DNA from: a virus
Lineage: Duplodnaviria; Heunggongvirae; Uroviricota; Caudoviricetes
DNA: 25,597 nucleotides
Reading direction: 5' to 3' (one strand)
IMG/VR virus record: IMGVR_UViG_3300043313_001192
Span: 1-25,597 of that record
Positions 24,103-25,597 of the stretch are shown here, piece after piece. Made by a program: the position numbers and the translations under genes. Each line of letters starts with the position of its first letter. Within the stretch, counting starts at the first letter, position 1. Below the pieces are notes generated by a model. The model was not told where the DNA came from, ran no database searches, and saw only the letters and a list, made by a program, of their open reading frames with translations.

Positions 24103-24504
24103 CTAGGTGATCTCGTTGCGGAGGGCGCGGGCTCGGTCGGGGGGAACGATGTCGTCCGGGCCGTCGGTCAGGAACCGGGGGAGGCCACAGGTGAACACCA
24201 GGAGCCAGCCGAGGGAGAAGGCGGGGATGACCCAGAGGATGGCGGGGAAGGGCAGGTGCTGGGCGAGGTAGATCGTGGTCAGGACGACCAGGGTCAGGCC
24301 CAGGTAGGAGAGGGTGGCGCGGACCAGGCGCTGGCGCCGCCGGTTGGCCAGGTAGCGGGCCTTGCGGGCGACCAGCTGGGGGGCGGTGACGAGCCGGGTG
24401 TGGTCGCAGAAGCCCCATCGGGCGGCGTCTGCGATGCAGGCGTTCGTGTGCTGGGGGAGCGGGCCGAAGCTGCGGTGCCGGGGGTCGGTCGGGAGATCGG
24501 GCAT
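24103..24504 (-). CDS. Two-TM membrane protein, 133 aa
   Basis: ATG 24504; MPDLPTDPRH...TLSYLGLTLVVLTTIYLA...AILWVIPAFSLGWLLVFTCGL; the upstream extension in the ORF track is repeat-derived. Confidence 0.65.
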   Translation of the reverse strand: MPDLPTDPRHRSFGPLPQHTNACIADAARWGFCDHTRLVTAPQLVARKARYLANRRRQRLVRATLSYLGLTLVVLTTIYLAQHLPFPAILWVIPAFSLGWLLVFTCGLPRFLTDGPDDIVPPDRARALRNEIT

Positions 24505-24524
24505 GCCCCGAGTCTGGCGCGAGC

Positions 24525-24652
24525 TGGGGGGATGGGGAAGTGGGGAAGCCCAAGTCGGGGGATTTGGGGGCGGGTGGGGAGGGGGTGGTGGGGGACGGGG
24601 CGGATGGGGAGATCGAAAAGGCCAAGGTGGGGGAGGCGGGGCGAGGGGTGGG
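24525..24652 (+). repeat. G-tract cluster (G-quadruplex-capable)
   Basis: More than 10 runs of G4-G6 separated by short loops; non-coding. Confidence 0.7.
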
Positions 24653-24762
24653 AGCTGAAAGTGCGCCATCTGGGGCATGCGTCCGGATCGTTTCGAGTCG
24701 CGCGTGAGAGCCGCTCCCGCTCCCGCGTGGGGCGAGCCTCGCGAGGCGTCCCGCGCGGCTGA

Positions 24763-24822
24763 CGCGCCCTGTGACGTGCCCTGTGACGCGCCTAGGCGTG
24801 CACAGGGCGAGCACAGGGCGCG
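24763..24822. repeat. 60-bp imperfect palindrome centred on CCTAGG
   Basis: CGCGCCCTGTG..GCCCTGTG..CGCGCCT|AGGCGTG CACAGGGC..CACAGGGCGCG. Confidence 0.85.
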
Positions 24823-25400
24823 TGTGAGCCTCTCGCGCGTGTCAGGGGCAGGCAGGGCGAGCACAGGGCGAGCACAGGCGAGCACAGGGGCAGGCAACGC
24901 GTGAGCAAGGCACAGGGGCGAGCACAGGCAAGGCATGAGGCATGAGGCATGAGGCATGAGGCAAGGCATGAGGCAAGGCATGAGGCAGGCACAGGGCAGG
25001 GAGGCAGGCAGGCAAGGGAGGCAGGGGAGAGCACAGGCAGGGAGGCAGGGGAGAGCACAGGGGAGAGCACAGGGGAGAGCACAGGGGCAGGGACAGGGAG
25101 AGCACAGGCAAGGCACAGGGCACAGGCAGGGACCTAGGGCAGGGACCTAGGGCAGGGCACAGGCAGACAGGCAGGGGCAGGCACAGGGCACAGGGCACAG
25201 GGCACAGGGGCAGGGCAGGCAGGCGAGCACAGGGGCACAGGGGCGAGCACAGGCAGGCACAGGGCACAGGCAAGGGCACAGGCAGGAGAGGGGCACAGGC
25301 AGGCACAGGGCCACTGTCAGGGAGGGAGAGCCTGCCCTCGAAAGGGAGGGGGAGGACAGGCAGGGTGACAGCGACCCTGTGCCTGTGCACCCTGTGCCCT
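24800..25400 (+). repeat. Oriented GCACAGG/GGCAGG/GGCATGA simple-repeat array
   Basis: About 28 GCACAGG copies (manual count) in 24800-25310, 6 GGCATGA, 2 GGGACCTAGGGCA; almost no T on the + strand; inverted CCTGTG copies at 25376-25398. Confidence 0.9.
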
Positions 25401-25452
25401 CTTGTCTGTCCCTCACACCTATGCGACGGGCGAGCGCTCACGTGCACCCGGT

Positions 25453-25542
25453 GACTGGACACTGTGCTGCACAGTGGTCTAGTCCACGACGCCTGTGATT
25501 TGGCAGTGGCGCAACAGTGCACTAGGCTGACGTATGTCAGCC
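25453..25542. other. Two hairpins distal to the repeat array
   Basis: GACTGGAC-ACTGTGC-T-GCACAGT-G-GTCTAGTC (25453-25484); GGCTGAC-GTAT-GTCAGCC (25525-25542). Confidence 0.6.
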
Positions 25543-25597
25543 CCACCCCCACCGCATCGGAGCCCCACCATGACCCGCATCGCCCCCCTCGCGCCCC

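Noticed and set aside
23914-24762. 282-aa plus-strand ORF
   Set aside because: TTG start lies inside a promoter motif; the ORF is antisense to the membrane gene and runs through G-tracts
24800-25310. Possible CRISPR or mini-array
   Set aside because: Repeats are 7-12 bp and irregular, with no unique constant-length spacers and no cas genes
25536-25548. 13-mer GTCAGCCCCACCC shared with the minus strand at 549-561
   Set aside because: A single GC-rich 13-mer match is expected by chance in a window of this size
24505-25552. Cys/Pro/Leu-rich minus-strand ORFs and Gly/Arg/Gln-rich plus-strand ORFs
   Set aside because: Translations of the simple-repeat array, open in several frames because T is scarce; no RBS or codon bias
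1-25597. tRNA/rRNA genes, integrase/att sites, reverse transcriptase/DGR, stop-codon recoding
   Set aside because: No T-loop or cloverleaf, recombinase or RT motifs seen by eye; genes end normally under code 11 with tight coupling. tRNAscan/ARAGORN were not run.

Overview
High-GC tailed-phage DNA, most likely an actinobacteriophage. The left ~3.7 kb (minus strand) is a packaging/head module: terL, DUF6378, an HTH protein, a GCGCG-motif protein, DUF1360 and the N-terminal part of a portal that the ORF track missed. From 3.8 to 23.9 kb there is a divergent plus-strand arm of about 45 tightly coupled genes, many with ATGA/GTGA overlaps. Recognisable products are an apparently catalytically dead C39/papain-like protein, a 789-aa GHKL-ATPase-like protein behind a five-hairpin leader, a split ABC-ATPase + Mom-like GNAT pair, a Topo VI-A/Spo11-like (Mini-A type) Toprim protein, a HigA-like XRE regulator, a degenerate LAGLIDADG protein and a metallophosphoesterase; the rest are mostly small Cys-rich proteins. 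The right ~1.1 kb is non-coding: G-tracts, a 60-bp palindrome, about 28 oriented GCACAGG repeats whose polarity flips at both ends, and hairpins (candidate origin, pac site or genome-end element). Several recurring cis-motifs were found by eye: a TTAC-N7-GTAA operator (3 copies), a shared terL/portal promoter, a GTTGGGGAATC motif (3 copies) and a CAACGAC(GAAAG) start-associated sequence. All family assignments come from motif recognition and recalled family consensus, not from database searches.
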